From: Candidatus Blackburnbacteria bacterium
Lineage (GTDB): Bacteria > Patescibacteriota > Microgenomatia > UBA8517 > UBA10165
Reading direction: 5' to 3'
Length of the DNA stretch: 64,000 nucleotides
NCBI GenBank assembly: GCA_016183565.1
Contig: JACPEJ010000004.1
Location: forward strand, 41,178-105,177
Shown: in pieces, positions 29,337 to 38,128 of the stretch
Numbering within the stretch: position 1 is the first letter of the stretch
Layout of the letters: each line of letters starts with the position of its first letter
Notes under the pieces: generated by a model
What the model saw: only the letters and a program-made list of their open reading frames with translations
Databases searched by the model: none
Told to the model about the DNA's origin: nothing
Made by a program: the position numbers and the translations under genes

Positions 29337-30665
29337 TTATGGTACTGGGAATTTTTGACACAAGTCTTTTACTTTTCCGGCAATCTCTTGCAGCACCTTA
29401 TTTCCTTTTATCCGTACTTTAAACTCTTTTAAGAAAGCTTGTTTTCCGTCTTTGTCTTCGGGCAATTTTTCATTCTCAACCTCCCCGACCGCCTTAATAA
29501 TCCACTCTGCGATTTTGGTCATTTCTGTTTCTCCCATGCCGCGGGTTGTGACAGCAGGGGTTCCCAAGCGGATACCCGAGGGATAGAATGGCGAAGTATC
29601 ACCTGGAATACTATTTTTGTTACACACAATTCTTGCTTTTTCCAGAGCTTCGGCAACAACATTTCCAGAAAGCCCGTTGGGTCTCAAGTCCACAAGCATC
29701 AGGTGGCTTTCTGTCCCACCGCCGATCAGTTTTAGCCTTGCAAGGGGACGCCTTGCAAGGCTAGAGCCCTCCTGCAGCGCTTGAGCTAGAACTTTGGCAT
29801 TGGCAACCACTTGCTTAGCATATTTTTTGAATTCCGGAGTGTCTGCTTCAAAAAGAGCCTGGGCGATACCGGCGGTTGTGTTGTTATGGGGTCCACCTTG
29901 CAACCCAGGAAATACTGCTCTATCTATGTCTTCCCCCAACTTCCCATACTTCCCCAATCCCTTCTCAGTTACCATAATCATCGCACCCCTTGGCCCCCGT
30001 AATGTTTTATGCGTCGTAGTCGTGACAATATGTGCATACGGAAAAGGAGAAGGATAAACGTTACCAATAATAAGTCCGACAACATGAGCAATATCGGCAA
30101 CTAAGTAGGCACCAACTGAATCGGCAATTTCGCCAAAAAGCTTCCAGTCTAGAGCAAGAGGGTAAGCAGTAGTGCCAATAATTATCACTCTTGGTTTTTC
30201 TGCCTTCGCAAGAGCTTGAACCTTTTTGTAATCTATGGTTCCATCTCCCTCGACACCAAATTGCACAGAACGAAAATACTTTCCAGAAAAAGTGATCTTC
30301 GGTTGGCCGTGAGTAAGATGGCCACCTGAAGCAAGTTCCATGCCCATGATAGTGTCACCCGGCTCACAGAGAGCGAATAAAACCGCTGAGTTTGCAGGAC
30401 TTCCGGAATAAGGTTGGACATTAGCATGAGGAACGTTAAAAAGTTTTTTTGCCCGTTCTATTGCTAAACGTTCCACTTCATCAACGAGATCATTTCCTTG
30501 GTAGTATCGCCTCCCTGGATAACCTTCAGAGTATTTATTGGAAAGCACACTACCAACTGCCTCTCGGACAGCTCTTGAAGCATAGTTTTCGGAAGGAATT
30601 AGGGTTAGTGTATTCTCCTGCCGTTTTTCTTCTCGAGTTATAAGTTCCTGAAGATGTTTGTCCAC
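29337..30665 (-). CDS. glyA: serine hydroxymethyltransferase
   Basis: LTLIPSENYASRAVREAVGSVLSNKYSEGYPGRRYYQGN; PLP-lysine region TTTTHKTLRGPRGA. Confidence 0.9.
   Translation of the reverse strand: MDKHLQELITREEKRQENTLTLIPSENYASRAVREAVGSVLSNKYSEGYPGRRYYQGNDLVDEVERLAIERAKKLFNVPHANVQPYSGSPANSAVLFALCEPGDTIMGMELASGGHLTHGQPKITFSGKYFRSVQFGVEGDGTIDYKKVQALAKAEKPRVIIIGTTAYPLALDWKLFGEIADSVGAYLVADIAHVVGLIIGNVYPSPFPYAHIVTTTTHKTLRGPRGAMIMVTEKGLGKYGKLGEDIDRAVFPGLQGGPHNNTTAGIAQALFEADTPEFKKYAKQVVANAKVLAQALQEGSSLARRPLARLKLIGGGTESHLMLVDLRPNGLSGNVVAEALEKARIVCNKNSIPGDTSPFYPSGIRLGTPAVTTRGMGETEMTKIAEWIIKAVGEVENEKLPEDKDGKQAFLKEFKVRIKGNKVLQEIAGKVKDLCQKFPVP
29734..29764. repeat. palindromic (ccttgcaagg)x2 element inside glyA
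   Basis: agccttgcaaggggacgccttgcaaggctag; encodes an in-frame [10 protein letters not shown] insert. Confidence 0.7.
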
Positions 30666-30701
30666 AAGTGTATTTTAACACTCAGAGAAGGTGAGACAAA
30701 A

Positions 30702-32468
30702 TTAGAAGGTCCAGGGATAGGTTGGTCCGGGTCTAATTCTTTGTTTCATCTTGAGTCGGAGATATTCATAAATTATTGGTTGCACTTCCTTTACTTGATC
30801 TAAAACTGGCCACATAAGCCTGCGGATAAAAGGATGAGCTGTTGGTCCGGTGCGCAAATCCCACAGATGGTAACCCTGGCGCAGATTGTATTTAGCAACC
30901 GTAGGCCTGTAATGAAGTCTTGTGACACAATAGTGAGCAGTGTATGGATCGACTTGGTAAACTGCGTTAAATAATCCTTCTACTTCTCCCATCACGCGTT
31001 TTATTGCCCCCACAGCGCCATGGAATTGTGGGTCAGATGACTCATCCATTTCTTGGGCAAGAGGTGGAATCATATACCCCCAGCGAACATCAAGGTCTTT
31101 TATGTAATACGACTGTATTCTGTGACGTTTATATTCTCGCAAATCACCATATGTCATTCCGGGATAGTCGACAATATAATCTCCGGGCATTTCTAAAGCT
31201 CTAATAGGCGCATCGTGCGTCCCTAAGCCCCCAAGGAGTTTTTCCATTACTCGACGTTTTTCACCAAGGTCCATTTTACCAACAAGTTCCATCAACTTCC
31301 CAAACGAGCCGGTGCGAGCATCTTGAAAAAGCGCTGTTGCAATCAATTTATCGTCAGCTCGGGGATCTGCTTCTAAAACAACTGCTGGTTTTCGGTCTTC
31401 TCTGAACTCAGGGATATATCCTTGGAAGCGAGTTTCTTCTGCGAGTTGACCTATTCCTCGACGTGCTGCCACTAGGTACTCGTTTCGGTCTGCATATCTA
31501 ACAAGAGTTGGTGCTACCCTTAGCGATTGTTCCTTGATAAGGCTGCCAAGTGACCGAATTGAAGGATATGGAGAAGATAGGAATTTTTGGATTAAATGTT
31601 CTGCTGTACGAGCGTTTAAGGTAATACCAACACTTGTAAGGCGAGACGCAGGTAACAAATTTTTCATTTGATCTGCGACTGTTTTTGTCATTACTTTTCT
31701 GGTCGGCCATTTGGCCCTTGCTTCATCAGTTTGGATATAGCCCATGCCCTTAACCATTAATAAATCGTTAAGCTCAAAAAGCATTGCGTGCACTTGATGC
31801 CAACGGGCTGACAACACCGGATCCTGTTTTACAACATCAGGAGTGTAATAACCAACATCTTGTCTTCCTTTAAATCGAGCTGAAAACTCAGTAAATGATG
31901 CTAGACGGTTGTCCGTTACCCAATCACCGTCTAGGGAAGGTATTCCTTCAACAGCTAAGTGGATAATGGCATGTTCAGCAACTGAGGCATGGCCGTACCC
32001 TTCCACACTTACTGTCCATTTTCTATGAAACTCTCGGGCACCTTCTTCGGTAATTGCGCGGCCGTGTTCCTCAATTGACCCTGGCTCTCGCGAGACGCGG
32101 GCGAGCATAACAGCTAGTTCTTCCTCTGTTCGGAGAGCGTGAGTGATAAAATCTATTTCCTTGGGATATGCTTGTTCTCCGTCTTTTATTGCATCGTCAA
32201 GTAAGGCTGCTGCGGCAAATAGACCTGTGAAAGAAATTCTGTCTTCTTGGAAAGCTATCAAAGATTCGTGCAATACTTTGCCCACGTCGGAGAAACGTCC
32301 CACGCGCAATCCCCATGCCGCAGCGGAATCAACAAGCTTGCGTTTTAACTCGGGGGTAAAACCTAGTGGATAGACACAAACAGAAGTGTCGGCAGCAACC
32401 AATCCCTCGCGAACTTCTTGTGGTTGTACTTGGGCTATTCTTTGTTCTCTTTGTTCTGCTGTTGCCAT
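30702..32468 (-). CDS. long, divergent ThyX-family (Thy1/FAD-dependent thymidylate synthase-like) protein, tandem-domain
   Basis: first half has a degenerate ThyX core (GHASVAEHAIIHLAVEGIPSL...DNRLASFTEFSARF); second half has RHR (EYKRHRIQSY); about 590 aa versus about 230 for canonical ThyX. Confidence 0.55.
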   Translation of the reverse strand: MATAEQREQRIAQVQPQEVREGLVAADTSVCVYPLGFTPELKRKLVDSAAAWGLRVGRFSDVGKVLHESLIAFQEDRISFTGLFAAAALLDDAIKDGEQAYPKEIDFITHALRTEEELAVMLARVSREPGSIEEHGRAITEEGAREFHRKWTVSVEGYGHASVAEHAIIHLAVEGIPSLDGDWVTDNRLASFTEFSARFKGRQDVGYYTPDVVKQDPVLSARWHQVHAMLFELNDLLMVKGMGYIQTDEARAKWPTRKVMTKTVADQMKNLLPASRLTSVGITLNARTAEHLIQKFLSSPYPSIRSLGSLIKEQSLRVAPTLVRYADRNEYLVAARRGIGQLAEETRFQGYIPEFREDRKPAVVLEADPRADDKLIATALFQDARTGSFGKLMELVGKMDLGEKRRVMEKLLGGLGTHDAPIRALEMPGDYIVDYPGMTYGDLREYKRHRIQSYYIKDLDVRWGYMIPPLAQEMDESSDPQFHGAVGAIKRVMGEVEGLFNAVYQVDPYTAHYCVTRLHYRPTVAKYNLRQGYHLWDLRTGPTAHPFIRRLMWPVLDQVKEVQPIIYEYLRLKMKQRIRPGPTYPWTF

Positions 32469-32470
32469 AT

Positions 32471-33010
32471 TTAAACTTGCTTTTCTCGGGCAGTTGCTGC
32501 AACACGGCCACCTTGCCACTGCCCTCTGTAGTTTGAACCACCACCTGAGACTTCGGAAAACTGAATGTGTGCAACTCGTGCACCCATTTCGATTGTAACC
32601 GGAACGGGCCCAGTATTTTTCAATCCAAAAATAAGTTTTCCTTTGTATCCTGGTGCAACTTGGGTTGCCATAAAATTAACTCCACTTCTAAAAAGTGTGG
32701 ATCTGGGGAAATTTCGCGCTGTTAAGTTGTCGGGTAAAGAAACTTCCTCCATGGTTTCCATAAGAACAAAATCATTAGGTTGAATAGTATATGAAGATTT
32801 TTGGTTTTCCTGATATTCAGCGACAACTTCTTCCTTAGGGGTCTGTCGTTCGTCAACTCCCAAAAAAGCTTCGCCTGAGATTTTAAACAATCTGCCTATC
32901 CGAAGATCAAAACCTGCACCTTCCGGATTTGCAAGTTCCCTTTCGCAAAGATTTTGAACAAGGTTTTTAGTTTTAACTAGTTCTAAAAGTTTAGTTGGTC
33001 CGAGTGGCAT
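32471..33010 (-). CDS. dCTP deaminase/dUTPase-fold protein (Dcd-like paralogue)
   Basis: AGFDLRIG...APGYKGKLIFGLKNTGPVPVTIEMGARVAHIQF matches the Dcd/Dut beta-barrel motifs. Confidence 0.6.
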   Translation of the reverse strand: MPLGPTKLLELVKTKNLVQNLCERELANPEGAGFDLRIGRLFKISGEAFLGVDERQTPKEEVVAEYQENQKSSYTIQPNDFVLMETMEEVSLPDNLTARNFPRSTLFRSGVNFMATQVAPGYKGKLIFGLKNTGPVPVTIEMGARVAHIQFSEVSGGGSNYRGQWQGGRVAATAREKQV

Positions 33011-33013
33011 ATT

Positions 33014-33652
33014 TTAAATTTGAGCTGTATCTTGCACACCATATCTTGCCCCATCCCGACCTGAATATGGTTGCAAAGTCGGAGAACTAAGGTGAGTAAA
33101 ACTCATTGCGCAAATTGCTGCACCATGTCTACAAACAGCTGATAATGTTCCGACATTGTGTAATTCCAAAATCGGGTGTCCATCCCAACCAGCGTCGAAA
33201 AGTGGCGCTGCTTGGACCGAGACTCCACGCCTTGCAATGCTACTTTTCCCTTCCATTCTCCCGATAATATCGTCCGGAAGCGTGACCCTTTCTAGTGTAG
33301 TTGCAACAACAACTTCACCGGGATGAATTAACACTTGGCCTAGTTTTCTTACATCAATCCTTATAAAGTATTCTTCAGGAATTGGCCCTGAAAGATCAAT
33401 GTGTGTAAGCCTTGTTGCATCTACAACAAGCGCTTGGTCACCGAGATGTAAATCAACTTTGCAAGTTCCCAAGTCACTCTTTGTTCCAGTTTCAATATTA
33501 GGACACGGGTTAATCCTTATCCGACCCACCTCAACCAATCTTTTAATATCCCTATCTGATAAAGCCGCACCAAAAGGTAATTCGCAAGTTGTGCACCAGA
33601 TCCTTTGTTCTAGTTCTCTTAGCCTTTGTTCAAGAGATTCGAGTGTGGCCAT
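33014..33652 (-). CDS. dcd: dCTP deaminase
   Basis: LSDRDIKRLVEVGRIRINP...HPGE...GRMEGKSSIARRGVSVQAAPLFDAGWDGHPILELHNVG, canonical Dcd motifs. Confidence 0.8.
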   Translation of the reverse strand: MATLESLEQRLRELEQRIWCTTCELPFGAALSDRDIKRLVEVGRIRINPCPNIETGTKSDLGTCKVDLHLGDQALVVDATRLTHIDLSGPIPEEYFIRIDVRKLGQVLIHPGEVVVATTLERVTLPDDIIGRMEGKSSIARRGVSVQAAPLFDAGWDGHPILELHNVGTLSAVCRHGAAICAMSFTHLSSPTLQPYSGRDGARYGVQDTAQI

Positions 33653-34097
33653 CAGAATTAACGAGTTTTAAGACAACTGTGCAATAGTGTTGTAAGGGTT
33701 CTTCAACTTGCAGTGGCGTTTCAGGTGAGAGTGCTGTTGCTAGAGTTTTAACATCTTCCAATGTCATAGAAGTTCGAGGGTTGGTTCTAATTCTTACTTC
33801 GCATACCCTTTTAGAATATACAACTCTGGTTATTGATACTTCTCCTTCGTCCTCTAGGCACTTTCTAATCTGCTGATATTGCGAGGTAAGCACTGCAATA
33901 TTTCCAGCTCCGTGCATTAACTGTACTTTAGTATAATGTGTTTTAATTGCACTATCTGCTGAATTCACTAGTGATGCAAGAGTTCTTTGGTCTTCTCGAA
34001 GACCTTCAATGAAATGATCAAGGTGCGCAAGGCTTTCTTGGGGAATTTCTATTAGTGTAATAGAGGTTTGTGGTTCTTGTTCAGTTCTGACAGCCAT
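33630..34097 (-). CDS. hypothetical protein within the thymidylate cluster
   Basis: 155-aa ORF; no known motif. Confidence 0.4.
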   Translation of the reverse strand: MAVRTEQEPQTSITLIEIPQESLAHLDHFIEGLREDQRTLASLVNSADSAIKTHYTKVQLMHGAGNIAVLTSQYQQIRKCLEDEGEVSITRVVYSKRVCEVRIRTNPRTSMTLEDVKTLATALSPETPLQVEEPLQHYCTVVLKLVNSDGHTRIS

Positions 34098-34185
34098 TTT
34101 TGAATTTGGACAGTTTAGAAAGCACTCTAATACTCTAACTATTAGTTGTCAATAGTTAAAACCAGGGTACGTTTGTTGTGTTTAA

Positions 34186-35796
34186 TCAAATCAACCTCTT
34201 CGCTGTATACTCCTCAAGTTCTTCCCAATTAAAAACAGGTTGACCACACCAACGTTTATCCTCGGGACACCTGGGTCTTATTCCCGCAGCACTTCTTATT
34301 CCACAGGGGGCTAAAAACATAGACTTAGCTTCCGGCAAGACCCCCCTTAACTGCAAAGCTTGTTCACAAGATATAAAGAAAAATTCTTCTTGAGCAAGGA
34401 AACACAAACGTTGTCTTAATCTGTGAAACCAATCAAAAAGGTCCCCAGTCTCAGTTACCTTTATCACATGCGCGTTAGGTAAAAGCAAAAGCGCTTGCTC
34501 GCGGCTCATCCCGCTATCAAGACACTTATTCACTCCTTCGTAAACTCTTCCTAGAATTTTTTCGTAAGCCTCTCGCAACTGCGGAGTTTCTCGAACTACC
34601 TTAGGAATAATATAATCAGGCGTACTGTTATACATTTGGGCAACAGGCAATGTAACTCCATGAGTTCTTCTATGCCTTTGACGTTGAGAATCAGCTGTGT
34701 GTGAAAGACGAGTTATAAACGTTGCACTAACTAACCTTAAACAGTCAGTCAAATAATCAAACATTCCAACATCGTACATATCAGCCAGCAAATGGTTTTT
34801 CGCAGGATCCATGACAAGACCTAACACCTGACTATCGCTTAAATCCAAACCCCCTCCTAAAAATCTCCTCGCAGCAGCCAAGATTACACCTCGACCGTTT
34901 TGTGGGAAAGAAATAAGAAGTGACTGTCGCCCTCCAAGATGTGTGTCAAACACTTCTCTGGTAAACCGGGTGCCAAACTGAGTTGGCGCCTGTGTCGTAA
35001 AATCATTGATAGGCACTCGCAGATCTTTAATGATAGTTGGGTCCTCCTTCGCAATACTTACTATCATCTGCGCTATTACATACCTTGCCTCGTCTGTAAA
35101 ATGAGGCATTTGACTTGCCCGGAATAACCTAAGAAGCTGAAGCTCACTAAGATCGTGATAGTAGTTAGTTTTTTGTGCAATCGGTAAAACATATCTTGCA
35201 ATTTCTTGCGAGGCTTTGATAGTTCTTTCGGCAACAATTACTTCTGCCCACTTTCCCCTAGGGTGCATCGCCTTCTCACGTCTACCTACCTCAGGCTTTA
35301 AAAGTTCTAAGAGTTTAAAATAAGCACGATTCGCAAGATCCGCCGTCTCTGTGTATAACTGTCTCTGTTCACCAGAAAGACCCGTAGGGACAAGATAACT
35401 TCCTGAAACAGCTTCAACATAACGTTGACTTTGCTGCTCACTGTTGTAAAAGGGGTGGCTGTGAAATATATCGTGAGTGGCACTACGGCTTACTCCCTGA
35501 ACGAGCCATGTATACGAGACATGCTGCCGAGTAGTGTGGTGTCCTGCCTCAAGAGTACTATCAGCAATTGCTTCTGATCTCCCGTCCTGCCGCTGCCGCA
35601 TTGGAGCAATCCCAGGAGCATAACACTGGACAGATGTGGTCACTGCAACGTCCCTGGCTCCAAGCCGATTTATACCATCAGGCAGAACAAGTTTCATCTT
35701 TGGGGGATCAACCAAATTTTCTCCAAGCTTAAGATATTCACTAAGATAGGCTTCTACTGTTTTTGTTTGTAGTAATCTTTCTTTTGTTGCCGCCAT
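34186..35796 (-). CDS. thyX: FAD-dependent thymidylate synthase ThyX, long form
   Basis: near-canonical ThyX motif RQHVSYTWLVQGVSRSATHDIFHSHPFYNSEQQSQRYV; RHR later (QRQRHRRTHG); C-terminal LPNAHV...FHRLRQRLCFLAQEE; 536 aa. Confidence 0.7.
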   Translation of the reverse strand: MAATKERLLQTKTVEAYLSEYLKLGENLVDPPKMKLVLPDGINRLGARDVAVTTSVQCYAPGIAPMRQRQDGRSEAIADSTLEAGHHTTRQHVSYTWLVQGVSRSATHDIFHSHPFYNSEQQSQRYVEAVSGSYLVPTGLSGEQRQLYTETADLANRAYFKLLELLKPEVGRREKAMHPRGKWAEVIVAERTIKASQEIARYVLPIAQKTNYYHDLSELQLLRLFRASQMPHFTDEARYVIAQMIVSIAKEDPTIIKDLRVPINDFTTQAPTQFGTRFTREVFDTHLGGRQSLLISFPQNGRGVILAAARRFLGGGLDLSDSQVLGLVMDPAKNHLLADMYDVGMFDYLTDCLRLVSATFITRLSHTADSQRQRHRRTHGVTLPVAQMYNSTPDYIIPKVVRETPQLREAYEKILGRVYEGVNKCLDSGMSREQALLLLPNAHVIKVTETGDLFDWFHRLRQRLCFLAQEEFFFISCEQALQLRGVLPEAKSMFLAPCGIRSAAGIRPRCPEDKRWCGQPVFNWEELEEYTAKRLI

Positions 35797-35797
35797 A

Positions 35798-36067
35798 CTA
35801 ATTCTCAGTTAAACAAATAACTTCTACTCCCACTTCTCCAAAAAGGTTTCTTGTGTAGGGTTGATCCATGTTGTTGTAAAGCTCCCGAAATACTACTTTG
35901 CAGTTACTTCTGAGTGGACAGTTCTTGTACAATGTCCGTTTTCCATTCTGCAGCCAACTTCTGTGCAATGCGGCAAACCCCTGGGCGCACCATTGTAACC
36001 TGTTGATAGTACCATACCATCTCTTACTCTTATTGTTTCCCCGTGCTTCCAAAACCACCTTCGCCAC
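35798..36067 (-). CDS. hypothetical small protein (possibly spurious)
   Basis: 89-aa ORF overlapping the 3' end of dut. Confidence 0.2.
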   Translation of the reverse strand: MAKVVLEARGNNKSKRWYGTINRLQWCAQGFAALHRSWLQNGKRTLYKNCPLRSNCKVVFRELYNNMDQPYTRNLFGEVGVEVICLTEN

Positions 36068-36464
36068 GATCCGACTCAGAAAGTTCTTTTACTTCTTGAA
36101 TGTTTGCTTGTGGCGCTTGTTGCAAGATTCCTTGAGATATCTTATCACCAACCTCAATTGTGCATTCTTCTTTACCCAGGTTGATCATATTCACTCCCCA
36201 TTCGCCTCTATAGCCACTATCAATAACTCCACCTAAGTTGTGAAGTCCATATTTTGTCGCTAATCCGCTTTTGTCTCTTAAAGAAACAAACCAGTCTTCG
36301 GGAATTTCAGAAGCTATGCCAATTATAAACAAATGACGCTCGCCTGGTTTTAAAGTTTCAGTTTCTAGTGAGTAAAGGTCAAAACCAGCGTTAGTAGTGT
36401 GGGCATATTGAGGAAGTTTGGCATTAGGAGAAAGAAGTTTGAATTTAAGACTAGGGCTCTCCAT
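36030..36464 (-). CDS. dut: dUTP diphosphatase
   Basis: trimeric dUTPase motifs AGFDLYS; GVIDSGYRGEWGVNMINLG; RGEGGFGSTG. Confidence 0.85.
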   Translation of the reverse strand: MESPSLKFKLLSPNAKLPQYAHTTNAGFDLYSLETETLKPGERHLFIIGIASEIPEDWFVSLRDKSGLATKYGLHNLGGVIDSGYRGEWGVNMINLGKEECTIEVGDKISQGILQQAPQANIQEVKELSESDRGEGGFGSTGKQ

Positions 36465-36502
36465 GCCCTCTTTTAACAGACAACCAATAGGACTGTCAAT
36501 AA

Positions 36503-37390
36503 CTAAAATCCATACGCAGACATTGGGGAATTGCCGATCCTGCTCCTTCTCATTGCGTAAGGAAGTTTTGCGCATTGGTAGGAGCCTGGGATAGTTGTGA
36601 ATGCAGTTTTTATGCCAAGTTCTTTGAAAACTTCCTCACTGGCTTTAGTTTGTGTCCCATAAGGATAAGCGAACGCAGTGACTGGCCCTAGTCCCCGATC
36701 CTCAAGCTGCTCTTGGGCGGTTCTCACTTCATACTTGAGCTTTTCTTCATCCGCACTGCTTAGGTTCTTGTGTGACCACGTGTGGTTTGCGAACGTAATA
36801 AGTCCTGAACCTGCCATTTCTCGAATTTGGTCCCAAGTTAGGTAGTCGGCGCCACCAACAAGTCCGGTTACTATAAAGACTGTTGCAGCTAAGTTGTTTT
36901 TAACAAGTTCAGGGTAGGCGTAGGTATAAAAGTCTCTATAGCCGTCGTCGAAAGTTATAAGTATTGGTTTCCCCGGAAGTGTTCCTGTTAAACCTGCCAA
37001 AAGCTGGTCTGGGGTTAGGGTTGTGTATCCTTTTCCTGCAAGGTAGGCCATTTGGTTTGTAAAGGAGTCATTGGTAACGCTAATATTCTTTTGGTTTTTG
37101 GCCATGGCTTCTTCTAGTGGCTGGATATGATGGTAAAGGATAGCCGGGATGTTTTTGCAAGGACCATACACTTTCGGGTCAGGAAGAGGGATGGGGGTTG
37201 GGGTGGGAGTAGGAGACACAGGTACAGACACAGGCACAGATACAGGGGTAGGAGTTATTAACAGTTCCGCCTTTTTACTATTTTCTGTATCTATATCTGT
37301 ATCTGTGTCTCTGAGGAGGGCCGATCCAGAAATAATGAGTAAACCACCTAACCCCAGGACTATTAAACCAATTAGTCTTTTCTTTCCCAC
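36503..37390 (-). CDS. polysaccharide deacetylase (NodB homology) with membrane anchor and Pro/Thr linker
   Basis: ILITFDDGYRDFYTYAYPELVKNNLAATVFIVTG NodB motif; N-terminal TM; PTPVSVPVSVPVSPTPTPTPIP linker. Confidence 0.75.
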   Translation of the reverse strand: MGKKRLIGLIVLGLGGLLIISGSALLRDTDTDIDTENSKKAELLITPTPVSVPVSVPVSPTPTPTPIPLPDPKVYGPCKNIPAILYHHIQPLEEAMAKNQKNISVTNDSFTNQMAYLAGKGYTTLTPDQLLAGLTGTLPGKPILITFDDGYRDFYTYAYPELVKNNLAATVFIVTGLVGGADYLTWDQIREMAGSGLITFANHTWSHKNLSSADEEKLKYEVRTAQEQLEDRGLGPVTAFAYPYGTQTKASEEVFKELGIKTAFTTIPGSYQCAKLPYAMRRSRIGNSPMSAYGF

Positions 37391-37408
37391 AAGGCAAAGT
37401 TTAACATC

Positions 37409-37840
37409 TTACGGAAGGACTTTAAATCCTGCACGAGCAAAATCTCGGTCAAAAGTAAAAACCTCTATAAGACCTAAACGCTTCATAACAGCAAAGCTTG
37501 TACAGTCAGTATAAGAAACACCTCGTCCGGGAAGTTCTTTAAAGAATTTCCATGCTTCAACTTCGTCTTGTGCTAACACCCGTTGTGGTCTTTTAAATCC
37601 TGGGGAAATATTAATTCGTTGTTTAAACTTTATAGCAGGCTCTCTTCCCAGTCTTACTCGAAGGAGAGTATAAGTTTCGTCTAGTACAAAGTTTGTGGTC
37701 AGTACTGGTTGTTTTTGCTTAGAAAGACGGCCCCAGAGCTTACGTGCTTGTGAGTTAAAGTCATCGGAAAAGTCAATAAGAGCCTTGAAAGCACTGGTAT
37801 CAACAAAAATTGTGGTGGTTTTTATTTTTTGGTTTTCCAA
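37409..37840 (-). CDS. vapC: PIN-domain toxin (VapC-like)
   Basis: IFVDTSAF...TTNFVLDETYTLL...SYTDCTSFAVMKRLGLIEVFTFDRDF, PIN acidic residues. Confidence 0.75.
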   Translation of the reverse strand: MENQKIKTTTIFVDTSAFKALIDFSDDFNSQARKLWGRLSKQKQPVLTTNFVLDETYTLLRVRLGREPAIKFKQRINISPGFKRPQRVLAQDEVEAWKFFKELPGRGVSYTDCTSFAVMKRLGLIEVFTFDRDFARAGFKVLP

Positions 37841-38085
37841 TCTTCGGTATAAATATATTTATCGTGGTTGATTGCACCATCACGGTCACCGCTTTTGTAT
37901 TTTTTAAACTCACGAGGGTCAAAAAGGAACTTTTTGCTGGTCTTCTTGGAAGGGTACATTGTTCTCTCTATGAGAGAATCGTAAATATATGCAGAAAAAC
38001 TTAATCCTTCGGCTTTTGCCAAGCTCTTATATTTCTCCATTTCTTCCTTCGGCAATCGAATAACAGTAGGCACTAAACTAGACAT
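37822..38085 (-). CDS. antitoxin (ribbon-helix-helix-like) paired with the PIN toxin
   Basis: small ORF overlapping the PIN start; VIRLPKEEMEKYKSLAKAEGLSFSAYI. Confidence 0.5.
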   Translation of the reverse strand: MSSLVPTVIRLPKEEMEKYKSLAKAEGLSFSAYIYDSLIERTMYPSKKTSKKFLFDPREFKKYKSGDRDGAINHDKYIYTEDWKTKK

Positions 38086-38128
38086 AAGTGATATCACGAT
38101 ATCACCTAGTGTAATAATTGTCAAGGGC

